NCBI GenBank assembly: GCA_963661135.1
Contig: CAVKZO010000002.1
Coordinates: 8,614 to 72,613, forward strand
Direction: 5' to 3'
From: Lachnospiraceae bacterium
Lineage (GTDB): Bacteria > Bacillota_I > Bacilli_A > RFN20 > CAG-826
DNA length: 64,000 nucleotides
Shown here: piece after piece, positions 9,296-19,590 of the stretch
Numbering within the stretch: position 1 is the stretch's first letter
How the letters are laid out: the number at the start of each line of letters is the position of its first letter
Made by a program: the position numbers and the translations under genes
The notes under the pieces: model-generated
The model's database searches: none
Told to the model about the DNA's origin: nothing
What the model saw: only the letters and a program-made list of their open reading frames with translations

Positions 9296-10009
9296 ATGAT
9301 GTATAAAAAAGTAATTTTGAAATTAAGTGGTGAAGCGATTGCTGATGGTGATTCATTTTCAATTTTATCACCCAAAAAAGTTAAAGATATTGTTCTTTTA
9401 ATTAAAAAGCTATATGAAAATAATGTTAAGGTTGGTGTTGTTATTGGGGCTGGAAATATTTTTAGAGGTAGAATTGCTGAAGAGAATGGTATCGATCATG
9501 TAAGCGGAGATTACATGGGTATGTTAGGGACAGTCATCAATTTAAAGGCTATATCGAGTTTATTAACTCAAGAAGGCGTGCCTAATGTTTTATATAGTGC
9601 ATTAGAAGTAGAAAATGTTGCAATTAAATACGATCCAATTTGCGCTAAAAAAGATTATGAAAATAAAGTAGTTCTTTTGGGTGGAGGAATCGGATTACCA
9701 TTTTATACTACTGATACTTGTGCGGCTAAAAGAGCAATAGAATTAGATGCTGATTGCATTTTAGCTGGTAAATATGGCGTTGAAGGAGTATATGATAAAG
9801 ATCCTCGACAATTTAAAGATGCAAAATTTTTAAAAAATTTAACATATAAAGAAGTGTTAGATATGGACTTAAAAGTTATGGATAGAAGCGCTATTGAATT
9901 GTTGATAGCTCATAATATAGTCACTAAAGTCTTTTCAATGGAAAATATAGATAATTTTGTATATGCTATTGAAGGAAAAGATATAGGAACAACAATAAAG
10001 GAGAAATAA
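9296..10009 (+). CDS. pyrH: UMP kinase
   Basis: YKKVILKLSGEA, VIGAGNIFRG and DKDP blocks. Start is ambiguous (ATG at 9290, 9296 or 9299). The TTG at 9272 in the track lies inside the tsf terminator and is rejected. Confidence 0.88.
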   Translation: MMYKKVILKLSGEAIADGDSFSILSPKKVKDIVLLIKKLYENNVKVGVVIGAGNIFRGRIAEENGIDHVSGDYMGMLGTVINLKAISSLLTQEGVPNVLYSALEVENVAIKYDPICAKKDYENKVVLLGGGIGLPFYTTDTCAAKRAIELDADCILAGKYGVEGVYDKDPRQFKDAKFLKNLTYKEVLDMDLKVMDRSAIELLIAHNIVTKVFSMENIDNFVYAIEGKDIGTTIKEK

Positions 10010-10010
10010 T

Positions 10011-10553
10011 ATGGATGTATTAAATGATGCAGAAAGAAGAATGCAAGGAGCAATTGAAAATTTTAAAGAAAATCTTTCAGTACTTAGAACAGGAAGAGCT
10101 AATGCGGCTTTATTAGAAAATATTGAATGTGATTATTATGGAGAAAAAATGAATATTACTTCAATCGCTTCAATTAAAGTTCCTGAACCAAGACAATTAC
10201 TTGTTATCCCTTATGATCAAGGTGATATTAAAACAATTGTTGCAGCTATTAATAGCAGTGATATCGGAATTAATCCAATTGTCGATGGAAAACAAATAAG
10301 ATTAAACATTCCTGCTTTAACTGAAGACAGAAGAAAAGAATTAGTTAAAAAAGCTAAAGTATATGGTGAAGATTGCAAAGTTGCAATTAGAAACATACGT
10401 CGTGATGCAATTGATGCTGTTAAGAAAGATGATACATATACTGAAGATACAAGAAAAAACGAAGAGAACGAAATTCAAAAATTAACTGATAAGTATGTAA
10501 AGACTGTTGAAGATTTATTTAAAGTTAAAGAATCAGAAATAATGGCAATTTAA
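10011..10553 (+). CDS. frr: Ribosome recycling factor
   Basis: 180 aa with LSVLRTGRANAALLENI and LTEDRRKELVK blocks. Confidence 0.92.
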   Translation: MDVLNDAERRMQGAIENFKENLSVLRTGRANAALLENIECDYYGEKMNITSIASIKVPEPRQLLVIPYDQGDIKTIVAAINSSDIGINPIVDGKQIRLNIPALTEDRRKELVKKAKVYGEDCKVAIRNIRRDAIDAVKKDDTYTEDTRKNEENEIQKLTDKYVKTVEDLFKVKESEIMAI

Positions 10554-11690
10554 ATGGATAATAGACATCAAATTCAAGTAAACAATATTAGTGATGATGC
10601 AAAAAAATCTTTTAAGAATCGTGTTATTATTGGAATAATATTGGTCTTAATTGTTTTGCCTTGCATCATAATAGGCGATTACGCATTTATGTGTTTGATA
10701 TTTTTAGCTACGGTTATTTCAACACATGAAATTTGTAAAGCTCCTCAATCAATTGAAAAAAAGTTTAAGAATGTAATATATGTTTTTGCTTACTTGATGA
10801 TGATTATTTTAGTTTATTGGACTTTTTCTAGAAGACTTTTAGATGCGTATTTAAACTTTCAGTATGTTACATTAGTTCATGATCCAAAAGCCATATTTTC
10901 TTATGATTTATATACTGATTTTAATTCACCTTCAATTTCGTTATCAGCATTTGCTTTTTCAATGCTTTTCTTATTTTTGATGGTATTTATTGATAAAAAC
11001 TTCACGATTCACGATGCATTTTATTTTATCGGAATGCTTTTTATTGTTTCGTTAGGGTATCAATCTGTAATGTATTTAAGATTGTATCCATTTACCGCAA
11101 TTAGTAATCAAATAGAGTATTTAAAAACTTTAACGACCGCAGGTACAATTACAACTGAACAAAGTATTGAATTTGAATATTTAAAGAATAAAATTTCTGA
11201 TCCTTGGTTTAAATACGGAGAATCAGCATGTTTATTTATCTATACTTGTTTAGGAACACTTATGTGTGATACTGGTGCTTATATAATTGGCATGTTATTT
11301 GGTAAACATCAATTATCTCCTAAAATCTCACCTAAAAAGACAGTTGAAGGGTTTATTGGTGGAATTGTATTTAGTATAGCAACTACTATTACTTTTAGTT
11401 TCTCTTTAATATTTACAGGCCACGATTTAGTTTATGGATTGCTTGATAAAGATCATTGGTATTTAATTGTGATTATTAGCTTATTGATGCCTTTATTATC
11501 AACATTTGGTGATTTATTATTCTCCTCAGTTAAAAGAGGATATCAAATTAAAGATTTTGGAAAGATATTACAAAGCCATGGTGGAGTTCTTGATCGAGTA
11601 GACAGTGTTTTGATCACATCTATCTTATTAGGTCTTATCATTCCTTTCTTTAACGAACTTTTAAAATACATATCAACATTTTCTAAATAA
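10554..11690 (+). CDS. cdsA: Phosphatidate cytidylyltransferase with long N-terminal membrane extension
   Basis: C-terminal CTP-transferase signature SSVKRGYQIKDFGKILQSHGGVLDRVDS. The ATG directly abuts the frr stop. 378 aa versus the usual ~260. Confidence 0.85.
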   Translation: MDNRHQIQVNNISDDAKKSFKNRVIIGIILVLIVLPCIIIGDYAFMCLIFLATVISTHEICKAPQSIEKKFKNVIYVFAYLMMIILVYWTFSRRLLDAYLNFQYVTLVHDPKAIFSYDLYTDFNSPSISLSAFAFSMLFLFLMVFIDKNFTIHDAFYFIGMLFIVSLGYQSVMYLRLYPFTAISNQIEYLKTLTTAGTITTEQSIEFEYLKNKISDPWFKYGESACLFIYTCLGTLMCDTGAYIIGMLFGKHQLSPKISPKKTVEGFIGGIVFSIATTITFSFSLIFTGHDLVYGLLDKDHWYLIVIISLLMPLLSTFGDLLFSSVKRGYQIKDFGKILQSHGGVLDRVDSVLITSILLGLIIPFFNELLKYISTFSK

Positions 11691-11691
11691 G

Positions 11692-12837
11692 ATGAAGATA
11701 ATACTTTTAGGAATTAATGGATCGATAGGGAAAACCACCCTATCAAGTTTAAATGATTTTAAAAACGAGTGGGAAATAGTAGGTTTTTCAATTGGAAATG
11801 ACGCATCTAACATTGATGAATTAATAAAAAAATATCACCCTAAAGCAATATCTTTTAAGAATGAAAAAGATTATTTTTTATATAAGACAATCTATAAAGA
11901 TATTGATTTTTTTTATGGAGATGATTCGTATTTAAAATTATTAGATTATTTAGATTATGATATTTTAATTAATGCTTTAAGTGGTTTTAGTGGTTTTATG
12001 CCTTCTATTAAATCTTTAAAGCAAAATAAAATTTTATTATTAGCAAATAAAGAAAGTTTAGTAGCTGGTGGAGAAATTATTAAAGAAATTTTAAAAACTA
12101 GTGGAAAGCTCATACCAATTGATAGTGAACATGTTGCTATTGCTAAATGTTTAGAAGGCGAAAATAAAGATTCTATAGAAAAAATAATAATCACTGCTAG
12201 CGGTGGTCCGTTTTTTGAATTAGATAAAGATGAATTTAAAAATATAGCTAAAGAAAGGGCTTTAAATCATCCAACATGGAGCATGGGTAAAAGAATCACC
12301 ATTGATTCCTCAACAATGATGAATAAATGTTTTGAATTGATTGAAGCGTATTATTTATTTGATGTTCCTTATGAAAAGTTAGATGTTTTAGTTGATAGAA
12401 GAAGCTTAATTCATGGTTTAGTCATATTTAAAGACGGAAGAATTAAAGAATGCGAGTATAGTCCAACAATGAAAAATCCGATTAAATACGCCCTTTCTAA
12501 AGCATTTAATTTAGAATTTGATTTAAGCGATGTTAAAAATGTGACAAAAATTGATGAAAATCTTAAAAAAATGGATTATGAAAAGTTTGATTTAATTAAT
12601 TATTCTAAATTTGTAATCGATAAAAAAGGAAATAGTGGAGTAATTTTAAATGCTATTGATGAAGAACTAGTAAATCTATTTTTAAACGACAAAATTAAAT
12701 ATATTGATATTAAACGAAATATTGATAAAATTATGTGTAATTGCAAATTTAAAAATAAAGTTACTATTAATGAATTAATAGTAAGTGATAGGCAAGCGAG
12801 AAAGGCAATTAAATATTTAATTGAGAAGGAAAAATAA
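11692..12837 (+). CDS. dxr: 1-deoxy-D-xylulose 5-phosphate reductoisomerase
   Basis: GINGSIGKTT NADPH fold, LANKESLV, PIDSEHVAI and NHPTWSMGKRITIDSSTMMNK blocks. Confidence 0.88.
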   Translation: MKIILLGINGSIGKTTLSSLNDFKNEWEIVGFSIGNDASNIDELIKKYHPKAISFKNEKDYFLYKTIYKDIDFFYGDDSYLKLLDYLDYDILINALSGFSGFMPSIKSLKQNKILLLANKESLVAGGEIIKEILKTSGKLIPIDSEHVAIAKCLEGENKDSIEKIIITASGGPFFELDKDEFKNIAKERALNHPTWSMGKRITIDSSTMMNKCFELIEAYYLFDVPYEKLDVLVDRRSLIHGLVIFKDGRIKECEYSPTMKNPIKYALSKAFNLEFDLSDVKNVTKIDENLKKMDYEKFDLINYSKFVIDKKGNSGVILNAIDEELVNLFLNDKIKYIDIKRNIDKIMCNCKFKNKVTINELIVSDRQARKAIKYLIEKEK

Positions 12838-14472
12838 ATGAGAACTAATTTTTTAATTCAATGGTCAAATCCAAACACTTGGTTAGGTATATTACTCTTT
12901 TTTGTAGGCCTTGGACTTCTTGTTACCATCCATGAATTAGGACACTTTATCGCTGCTAAATCTTTTAAAGTTTATTGTAGTGATTTTTCGATTGGCTTTG
13001 GACCAAAAATTGTAAAAATTAAAAGAAAAACTGGTGAAACAAAATTTTCTATCGGTATCGTTCCGTTAGGAGGATATGTAGCGATGTATGGGGAAGAAGG
13101 AGATGAACTTCCAGATGGAATCTCTATTCCTAAATCTCGTAGTATACAAGGAATTTCACGTTGGAAAAGATATATTATTTTCGGCGCCGGAATTTTTATG
13201 AACTTCGTATTAGCTTACGTCGTATTCTTTATAGCTTGTAGTTGTTTCCCTCATTACGATACATATGGAACAATATTAGACTATAACGGCAAAGCTTATG
13301 AAAGCAACCAATCTCAATTAGTAGTCTATGATGAAAGCGGAAACGAAATAACTGATTTAAAAAGATTTGATGTTAATAATGATTTAGGTGCTTCTTTTAG
13401 AAATGAAGAATTCTATCAATTTGAAACTAGAAACATTTCTTATAAATACAACGGCAAAGATGTCGTATTAAATGTTTTTGTTCAATCTTCTAGTTACGAC
13501 GATCTTTCTAAATTTACATTAAAACCATATGAATTAACAGTTAATGGTGAAACAAATTATTATGTTTTAGGAATGGATACAACTAATTTTGGTATTAATA
13601 ACATCGATTATTCTTTATATTTAAGATTTTATAAAGCCACTAAATTCAATGATACCGATTTTAAAGAATTTAAATTTTCAAATAACGGAACATACGTAGA
13701 TTATAGCGAATCTTTAAGTGACATCTATCTTCCTATTTTAAAAGATGATTCAAGTTTAGAATATATGAGTTTTTCTAGCGATTATAATAGTAAAATTAGT
13801 GGAGAAAAATTACTTACTTTAAGAGGGTATCAAAATAAAACGTTATATCAAGCAACATTAAAACCATATTTTGAAAGCGATACATTAACTTCATTTAATT
13901 TTAATATGTATCAATATACTTATTGGTTAGGTTGGTCTTCTTTTAAAGAAGCTGGTAATTTATGGGTTAAAAGCTGCAGTTTAATATCTCAAGCATTAGG
14001 AAAATTGCTCATTGGACAAGGATGGGATTCAGTAGGTGGACCTGTCGCTATAATGAGCGTAACAACTTCTCAATTAATTAATAATCCATTCTATATTTAT
14101 TTATATAACTGGGCTATGATTAGTGTCAATTTAGCTTTATTTAATCTTTTGCCATTTCCAGGATTAGATGGATGGCAAATCTTAGTTGAAATCATTGAAG
14201 GAATCGTAAATGGTATTAAAAAGAAAAAATATAATATCGCTGTTAAAAAAGAAATTAAGTCTAACGAAAATAACATTTCTACACAAAATGGAAGTGAAGT
14301 TAATGCTGTAAAAGAAGAACAAGTAATTTCAGTAGGAAAAGAAGAACATCTCGAATATGTAGATTGGAGAATTCCTCAAAAAGTTAAATCCATCGTTAGC
14401 TATGTTGGTTTAGGCTTATTGTTCGCTTTAGCTATCGTGATATTCATCATGGATATCATTAGATTATTTTAA
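12838..14472 (+). CDS. rseP: Site-2 (M50) intramembrane zinc metalloprotease, RseP/RasP-like, atypical ectodomain
   Basis: HELGHF in TM1, GGPVAIM, and NLLPFPGLDGWQ in TM3. 544 aa. The region where PDZ normally sits shows no PDZ-like GLxxGD motif. Confidence 0.8.
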   Translation: MRTNFLIQWSNPNTWLGILLFFVGLGLLVTIHELGHFIAAKSFKVYCSDFSIGFGPKIVKIKRKTGETKFSIGIVPLGGYVAMYGEEGDELPDGISIPKSRSIQGISRWKRYIIFGAGIFMNFVLAYVVFFIACSCFPHYDTYGTILDYNGKAYESNQSQLVVYDESGNEITDLKRFDVNNDLGASFRNEEFYQFETRNISYKYNGKDVVLNVFVQSSSYDDLSKFTLKPYELTVNGETNYYVLGMDTTNFGINNIDYSLYLRFYKATKFNDTDFKEFKFSNNGTYVDYSESLSDIYLPILKDDSSLEYMSFSSDYNSKISGEKLLTLRGYQNKTLYQATLKPYFESDTLTSFNFNMYQYTYWLGWSSFKEAGNLWVKSCSLISQALGKLLIGQGWDSVGGPVAIMSVTTSQLINNPFYIYLYNWAMISVNLALFNLLPFPGLDGWQILVEIIEGIVNGIKKKKYNIAVKKEIKSNENNISTQNGSEVNAVKEEQVISVGKEEHLEYVDWRIPQKVKSIVSYVGLGLLFALAIVIFIMDIIRLF

Positions 14473-14477
14473 TTTTT

Positions 14478-17400
14478 ATGAATAGTGAAGATAGTAAAAT
14501 TGTAAGGTTTTTAAAGTCGATTAATATTGAAAATTATAATGATTTCGATATGGATTTTACGTCTATTTCAAAATCTAAAGTAGATAAAAATTCTTATATT
14601 TACAATATTAAAAAAGAAACACCCTGGAAATATGATCTATTAGAAGAATTTTTAAATGGATTGAATAATATCACTTCTTATTCTTATGTATTTTATTTTA
14701 ATTATACTAATAAACCTACAAGCGATGATGTGATTGATTTAATTAAACATAAATATTTTGCTACTCATTTTCATGAATATAATCAAAAGATTAATGTTAA
14801 AAATAATACTTTAATGTTAGAAGGAAAACTTAGTGATGGAGACATAACAAGTTTCGCTGATGATATTAATTCTATATTATCTTTGATTGGATATAATTTT
14901 CATGTTGAAGATAATAGAGCTAAAGAAGAAAAAGAAGTAATTGAAGTTAAAAAAGACGAAAGAAAAGTTTTTGATGAAGAAATAAATAAAGATTTCTTAA
15001 AAGATAAAGAAGAAGCTGAAAGTAGGGTAGTTCAAGATGTTATAGATAACTATAACAAGATGATTGAAGATAGAAAAAGAAAAGAATTATATAAAAAAAG
15101 TGATGATTACGCAGTTAAAACTATTAAAGAATTAGATAGTAATAGCGGTGCAATTGATATTAATGGTAAAGTTTTTGAAATAGAAAATAAAGAAACAAAA
15201 AAAGGTTTTATAATTTCAACTATTTTAATTGCTGATGAAGAAGATGCAATTTATGCAAAATTTATAGTTAGACCTGGTACAACTAAAGAGGCTGTTTTAA
15301 ATAGCGTTTCGGTAGGGAAAAACATACGTATTTTAGGAAAAATTGATGTCGATAAATATAAAGGCAATGACATTTATGTTGTTATTCATAATTTGTATTT
15401 ATTACCTGATGATCCTTTAAGAGATGATACTGCTGAAGTTAAAAGAGTTGAACTCCATTTACATACTAATATGTCTGATATGGATGGATTAACTAAAATT
15501 GGAAAATATTGTGAATTAGCAAAACATTTTGGACATAAAGCAATCGCTGTTACAGATCACGGGGTTGTTCAAGCTTTCCCTGAAGCGCAAGATGCAAGTT
15601 TTAAATACGGAATTAAAATAATATATGGATCAGAACTTTATATGATCGATGATTATTTTAAAGGATCTATAAAGCCTAGAGATATCGATTTAAAAAAAGT
15701 ACCTATAGTATGTTTTGACCTTGAGTCTACTGGTCTTAATATTAGATATGATCACATTACTGAAATCGGTGCTGTTAAATTTGTTAACGGAATGATAACT
15801 GAAAGATATGATCAACTTGTCAATCCTGGAATTGAAATCAATGATTTCATTGCTATGAAAACTAAAATTTCTAATGATACAGTTAAAGATTGTCCTAAAA
15901 TTAAAGAGGTTTTACCATCGTTTTTAAAATTTATTGAAGGATGTGTCATCATTTCTCATAACATTGAATTTGATTACAATATGTTAAGTAAAGAAATGGA
16001 AGAAAATGGTTTTGGATCACTAAATAGCAGCGCTATTGATACTCTTCAAATTTCTAGATTTTTAAATCCTGAAAATGTTAAACACACTTTAGGTGTCTTT
16101 TGTAAAAGATTTGATGTAGTTTATGATGAAGAAAGCGCTCATAGAGCAGATTATGATGCTCAAGTTTTAGGTGATGTTTGGCTCGCTTGTCAACCTGCAT
16201 TAATTAAAAAATTAGGAAACGAAAATTATACTTTATATGATTTAGAGAAACTTCCAATTGAACAAGTGTTTTTAAAACACTGGAACAGAGGAGGAACTCA
16301 CGTAACTGTATTAGCAAAAAATAAGGTAGGATTAAAAAATCTATATAAAATTATATCTTTTTCACATATTGAACATATGGGTGTTAAACCATTTACACCT
16401 AGGTCTTTATTAGAAAAATATAAAGAGGGTTTATTAATTGGAAGTGCTTGTGCAAATGGAGAAATATTCTATTGCGCATTTAGAAGGAGCAATAAAGCTC
16501 TTTACGATGCTTTAGATTTCTATGATTATATTGAATTACAACCTTTAGAAAACTACTCTTATTTAGTTAATAATGGTACAGTTAATAGTTTAGAAGATTT
16601 AAAGAAAAACATATTGGATATCATAAAAGTTTGTGAAAGCAAAAATAAGATAATTTGTGCTACAGGGGATTGTCACTATTTAAATCCTAGTGATAAAAAA
16701 TATAGAGATATCTATATTGAAAGTAGTGGAGTTGGAGGTACATTTCATCCTTTAAGTCACTTTAAAAAAGATAATATTAACGATTATTATCCTAATCCAG
16801 ATCAACATTTTAGAACTACTCAAGAGATGCTAGATTGTTTTGAATGGTTAGGGAAAGATAAAGCTTATGAATATGTTGTTACAAATACAAATAAGATTAA
16901 TGATTTAATTGAGGCATTCAATGCAGTTCCTACTAAACTTGCTACACCTACAATCGATAATTGTGATGTTAATTTAAGAAATTTATGTTATAACACAGCT
17001 CATGAATTATATGGAGACCCATTACCAGAATTAATAGAAAAACGTTTAAAAAGAGAACTTGATGGTATTATTGACCATGGTTACGCTGTTACTTATTATA
17101 TTGCTTACGAATTAGTAAAAAGAACAAACGAAGCTGGATATATCGTTGGATCTAGAGGATCTGTCGGTAGTAGTTTTGCAGCGACTATGGCTAAGATTAC
17201 TGAGGTTAATCCTCTTCCACCTCACTATAGATGCCCAAAATGTAAACATGTAGAATTTATAGAAGATAGAGGAAAATATAAATCTGGTTTTGACTTACCT
17301 GATAAAAAGTGTCCAAATTGTGGAGAAGATATGATTGGAGATGGACAAGATATTCCTTTTGAAACCTTTTTAGGATTTAATGCTGATAAAGTACCTGATA

Positions 17401-18851
17401 TCGATTTAAATTTCCCTACAGATTTCCAAGCTACAGCTCATGGATTCACAAAAGATTTATTAGGTGAAGATAAAGTTTATAGAGCTGGTACAATCGGTGC
17501 GGTTCAATTTAAAACTGCATATGGTTACGTTAAAAATTATTTTGAATCATTTGAAATGCATCCTAGAACTGCTTGGATTGCAGCTTTAGCCTATGGTTGT
17601 ACTGAAGTTAAAAGAACTACTGGACAACACCCTGGAGGAATCGTAGTTATCCCTAGAGCTAATGAAGTTTATGACTTCTGTCCTATTCAATATCCAGCAG
17701 GAGATATAACAGCAGCGTGGAAAACGACTCACTTTGATTTTGGTAGTATTCACGATACTATTTTAAAACTCGATATGTTAGGGCATGTCGATCCTCAAGC
17801 TTTAAAAATGTTAACTACATTAACACATATAGATACAAAAGATATTCCTTTAAAAGATCCAAAAGTCTTATCATTATTTACAAGTGATGAAGCATTAAAT
17901 ATGCAACATAAATATATGAAACCAGATAATGGTGCTATTGGACTTCCTGAATTTGGAACTGAAAATACTAGACAAGTTTTAAGAGAAACAATGCCTAGAA
18001 CATTTAATGATTTACTTATTATTTCTGGATTGACTCACGGAACTGACGTTTATGGAAATAACCAACAAGATTTAATTAAACAAGGGTTAGTAACTCTTCA
18101 AGATGTCATCGGATGTCGTGATGATATTATGACTTATTTAATTAGAATGGGTGTACCAAATCTTGATGCGTTTAAAATCATGGAGTTAGTTAGAAAGAAA
18201 GATAAACATTTAACGCCAGAATATATAGAATTAATGAGAAGTAAAGGTGTCCCTGAATTCTATATTGAAGCTTGCGAGAAGATTCAATATTTATTCCCTA
18301 GAGGTCACGCTTGTGCTTATGTTATTATGGCTCTTCGTGTTGGATATTTTAAAGTTTACCATCCACTTGAGTTCTATGCATCATTCTTTACTTTAAGAGC
18401 TGATGATTACGATATTGTCGCAATGGTTAAAGGGATTGATGCAATACACGCTAGAATTGTAGAACTTCAAGAAAAGAAGAGCGCTAGAGATTCAAATAAT
18501 GCCTTCTCTAAAAAAGATGGTGATATTTTAGAATGTTTAAAAGTAGCTTTAGAAATGTCAGAAAGAGGATATAAATTCTTAAATATAGATTTATATAAAT
18601 CTGATAGTAAAGAATTTTTAGTAGATCACGAACACAATGCTTTAATACCTCCTTTTAAAGTTTTAGCAGGATTTGGAGAAGCTGCATCTCAATCGATCAT
18701 CGAGGCTAGAAAAGTACCATTTACTTCTAAAAAAGATTTAGAAAAAAGAGGTGGAATCAACTCTACTAATTTAAAAGACTTGGAAAAAATAGGTGTTTTA
18801 GATAACTTAAAAGAAGATGATAGCATCACCTTATTTGACTTTAGTTTTTAA
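14478..18851 (+). CDS. polC: DNA polymerase III alpha subunit, PolC type
   Basis: 1457 aa. PHP start VELHLHTNMSDMDG, inserted DEDDh exonuclease (CFDLESTGL ... HRADYDA), a Cys4 finger (CPKC..CPNC), and a polymerase core. Confidence 0.97.
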   Translation: MNSEDSKIVRFLKSINIENYNDFDMDFTSISKSKVDKNSYIYNIKKETPWKYDLLEEFLNGLNNITSYSYVFYFNYTNKPTSDDVIDLIKHKYFATHFHEYNQKINVKNNTLMLEGKLSDGDITSFADDINSILSLIGYNFHVEDNRAKEEKEVIEVKKDERKVFDEEINKDFLKDKEEAESRVVQDVIDNYNKMIEDRKRKELYKKSDDYAVKTIKELDSNSGAIDINGKVFEIENKETKKGFIISTILIADEEDAIYAKFIVRPGTTKEAVLNSVSVGKNIRILGKIDVDKYKGNDIYVVIHNLYLLPDDPLRDDTAEVKRVELHLHTNMSDMDGLTKIGKYCELAKHFGHKAIAVTDHGVVQAFPEAQDASFKYGIKIIYGSELYMIDDYFKGSIKPRDIDLKKVPIVCFDLESTGLNIRYDHITEIGAVKFVNGMITERYDQLVNPGIEINDFIAMKTKISNDTVKDCPKIKEVLPSFLKFIEGCVIISHNIEFDYNMLSKEMEENGFGSLNSSAIDTLQISRFLNPENVKHTLGVFCKRFDVVYDEESAHRADYDAQVLGDVWLACQPALIKKLGNENYTLYDLEKLPIEQVFLKHWNRGGTHVTVLAKNKVGLKNLYKIISFSHIEHMGVKPFTPRSLLEKYKEGLLIGSACANGEIFYCAFRRSNKALYDALDFYDYIELQPLENYSYLVNNGTVNSLEDLKKNILDIIKVCESKNKIICATGDCHYLNPSDKKYRDIYIESSGVGGTFHPLSHFKKDNINDYYPNPDQHFRTTQEMLDCFEWLGKDKAYEYVVTNTNKINDLIEAFNAVPTKLATPTIDNCDVNLRNLCYNTAHELYGDPLPELIEKRLKRELDGIIDHGYAVTYYIAYELVKRTNEAGYIVGSRGSVGSSFAATMAKITEVNPLPPHYRCPKCKHVEFIEDRGKYKSGFDLPDKKCPNCGEDMIGDGQDIPFETFLGFNADKVPDIDLNFPTDFQATAHGFTKDLLGEDKVYRAGTIGAVQFKTAYGYVKNYFESFEMHPRTAWIAALAYGCTEVKRTTGQHPGGIVVIPRANEVYDFCPIQYPAGDITAAWKTTHFDFGSIHDTILKLDMLGHVDPQALKMLTTLTHIDTKDIPLKDPKVLSLFTSDEALNMQHKYMKPDNGAIGLPEFGTENTRQVLRETMPRTFNDLLIISGLTHGTDVYGNNQQDLIKQGLVTLQDVIGCRDDIMTYLIRMGVPNLDAFKIMELVRKKDKHLTPEYIELMRSKGVPEFYIEACEKIQYLFPRGHACAYVIMALRVGYFKVYHPLEFYASFFTLRADDYDIVAMVKGIDAIHARIVELQEKKSARDSNNAFSKKDGDILECLKVALEMSERGYKFLNIDLYKSDSKEFLVDHEHNALIPPFKVLAGFGEAASQSIIEARKVPFTSKKDLEKRGGINSTNLKDLEKIGVLDNLKEDDSITLFDFSF

Positions 18852-18868
18852 ATAAATATATTAAATAC

Positions 18869-19543
18869 CTATTCTTTTTTATCTTCAATAGGTGTTAATT
18901 TTTGAATTAATTTTAATAAACTATCTAATATTATTGAACCAACGGCATTACCTATAAACATTAAAAAGAAATATAGAATCATCATAGGATTAAAATAGCC
19001 AGCATATGTAAAATAAGTTACATTAGCTATAACGTGTTCAAATCCTTCAATGATAAATAAAATAATAGGCATAAAAGCAAATAAAACTTTTCCAAAGTTA
19101 TATTTGCATCTTTTATGACCTTCTACAGCTAAATAAATCATCATTCCACATAATATTGACATAATTAATATGGAATACCATGAAGAAGACATCTTGTTAT
19201 CTACTATATTTCCAGCAATTACTTCTAATTTAGAACTTATAGAAGTAAGCTTGATTAATGATGATAACGCTAAAGAGCCTAATACATTACCGATAAAAGA
19301 TACTAAGCAATCTAATAAATATATAGGTTTATTTTTAAATACGTATCCAACTTTCCCTGTATATAACCATAAATCAAAATGAATTATAGAAAATAATCCG
19401 ATACAAAAGATGAATGAACCTACAATTTTAGCTCCAAATTCATTATTTCCTAAACTTAAGCACATTAAATATCCTGTAGCACCGAAAGTGATGCAGAATC
19501 CTGCTAGAATAGATGAAACGAATATCATTAATAACTTTTTCAT
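18869..19543 (-). CDS. Formate/nitrite transporter (FNT) family membrane protein
   Basis: Six-TM protein with FNT-like SILAGFCITFG and FCIGLFSIIHFDLWLYTG blocks. I prefer the MKKLLMIF start at 19543 over the track start at 19576. Confidence 0.65.
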   Translation of the reverse strand: MKKLLMIFVSSILAGFCITFGATGYLMCLSLGNNEFGAKIVGSFIFCIGLFSIIHFDLWLYTGKVGYVFKNKPIYLLDCLVSFIGNVLGSLALSSLIKLTSISSKLEVIAGNIVDNKMSSSWYSILIMSILCGMMIYLAVEGHKRCKYNFGKVLFAFMPIILFIIEGFEHVIANVTYFTYAGYFNPMMILYFFLMFIGNAVGSIILDSLLKLIQKLTPIEDKKE

Positions 19544-19590
19544 AAATAACTCCAAAAAACATGTTAATTTTATCATTTATAATTTAAAAA

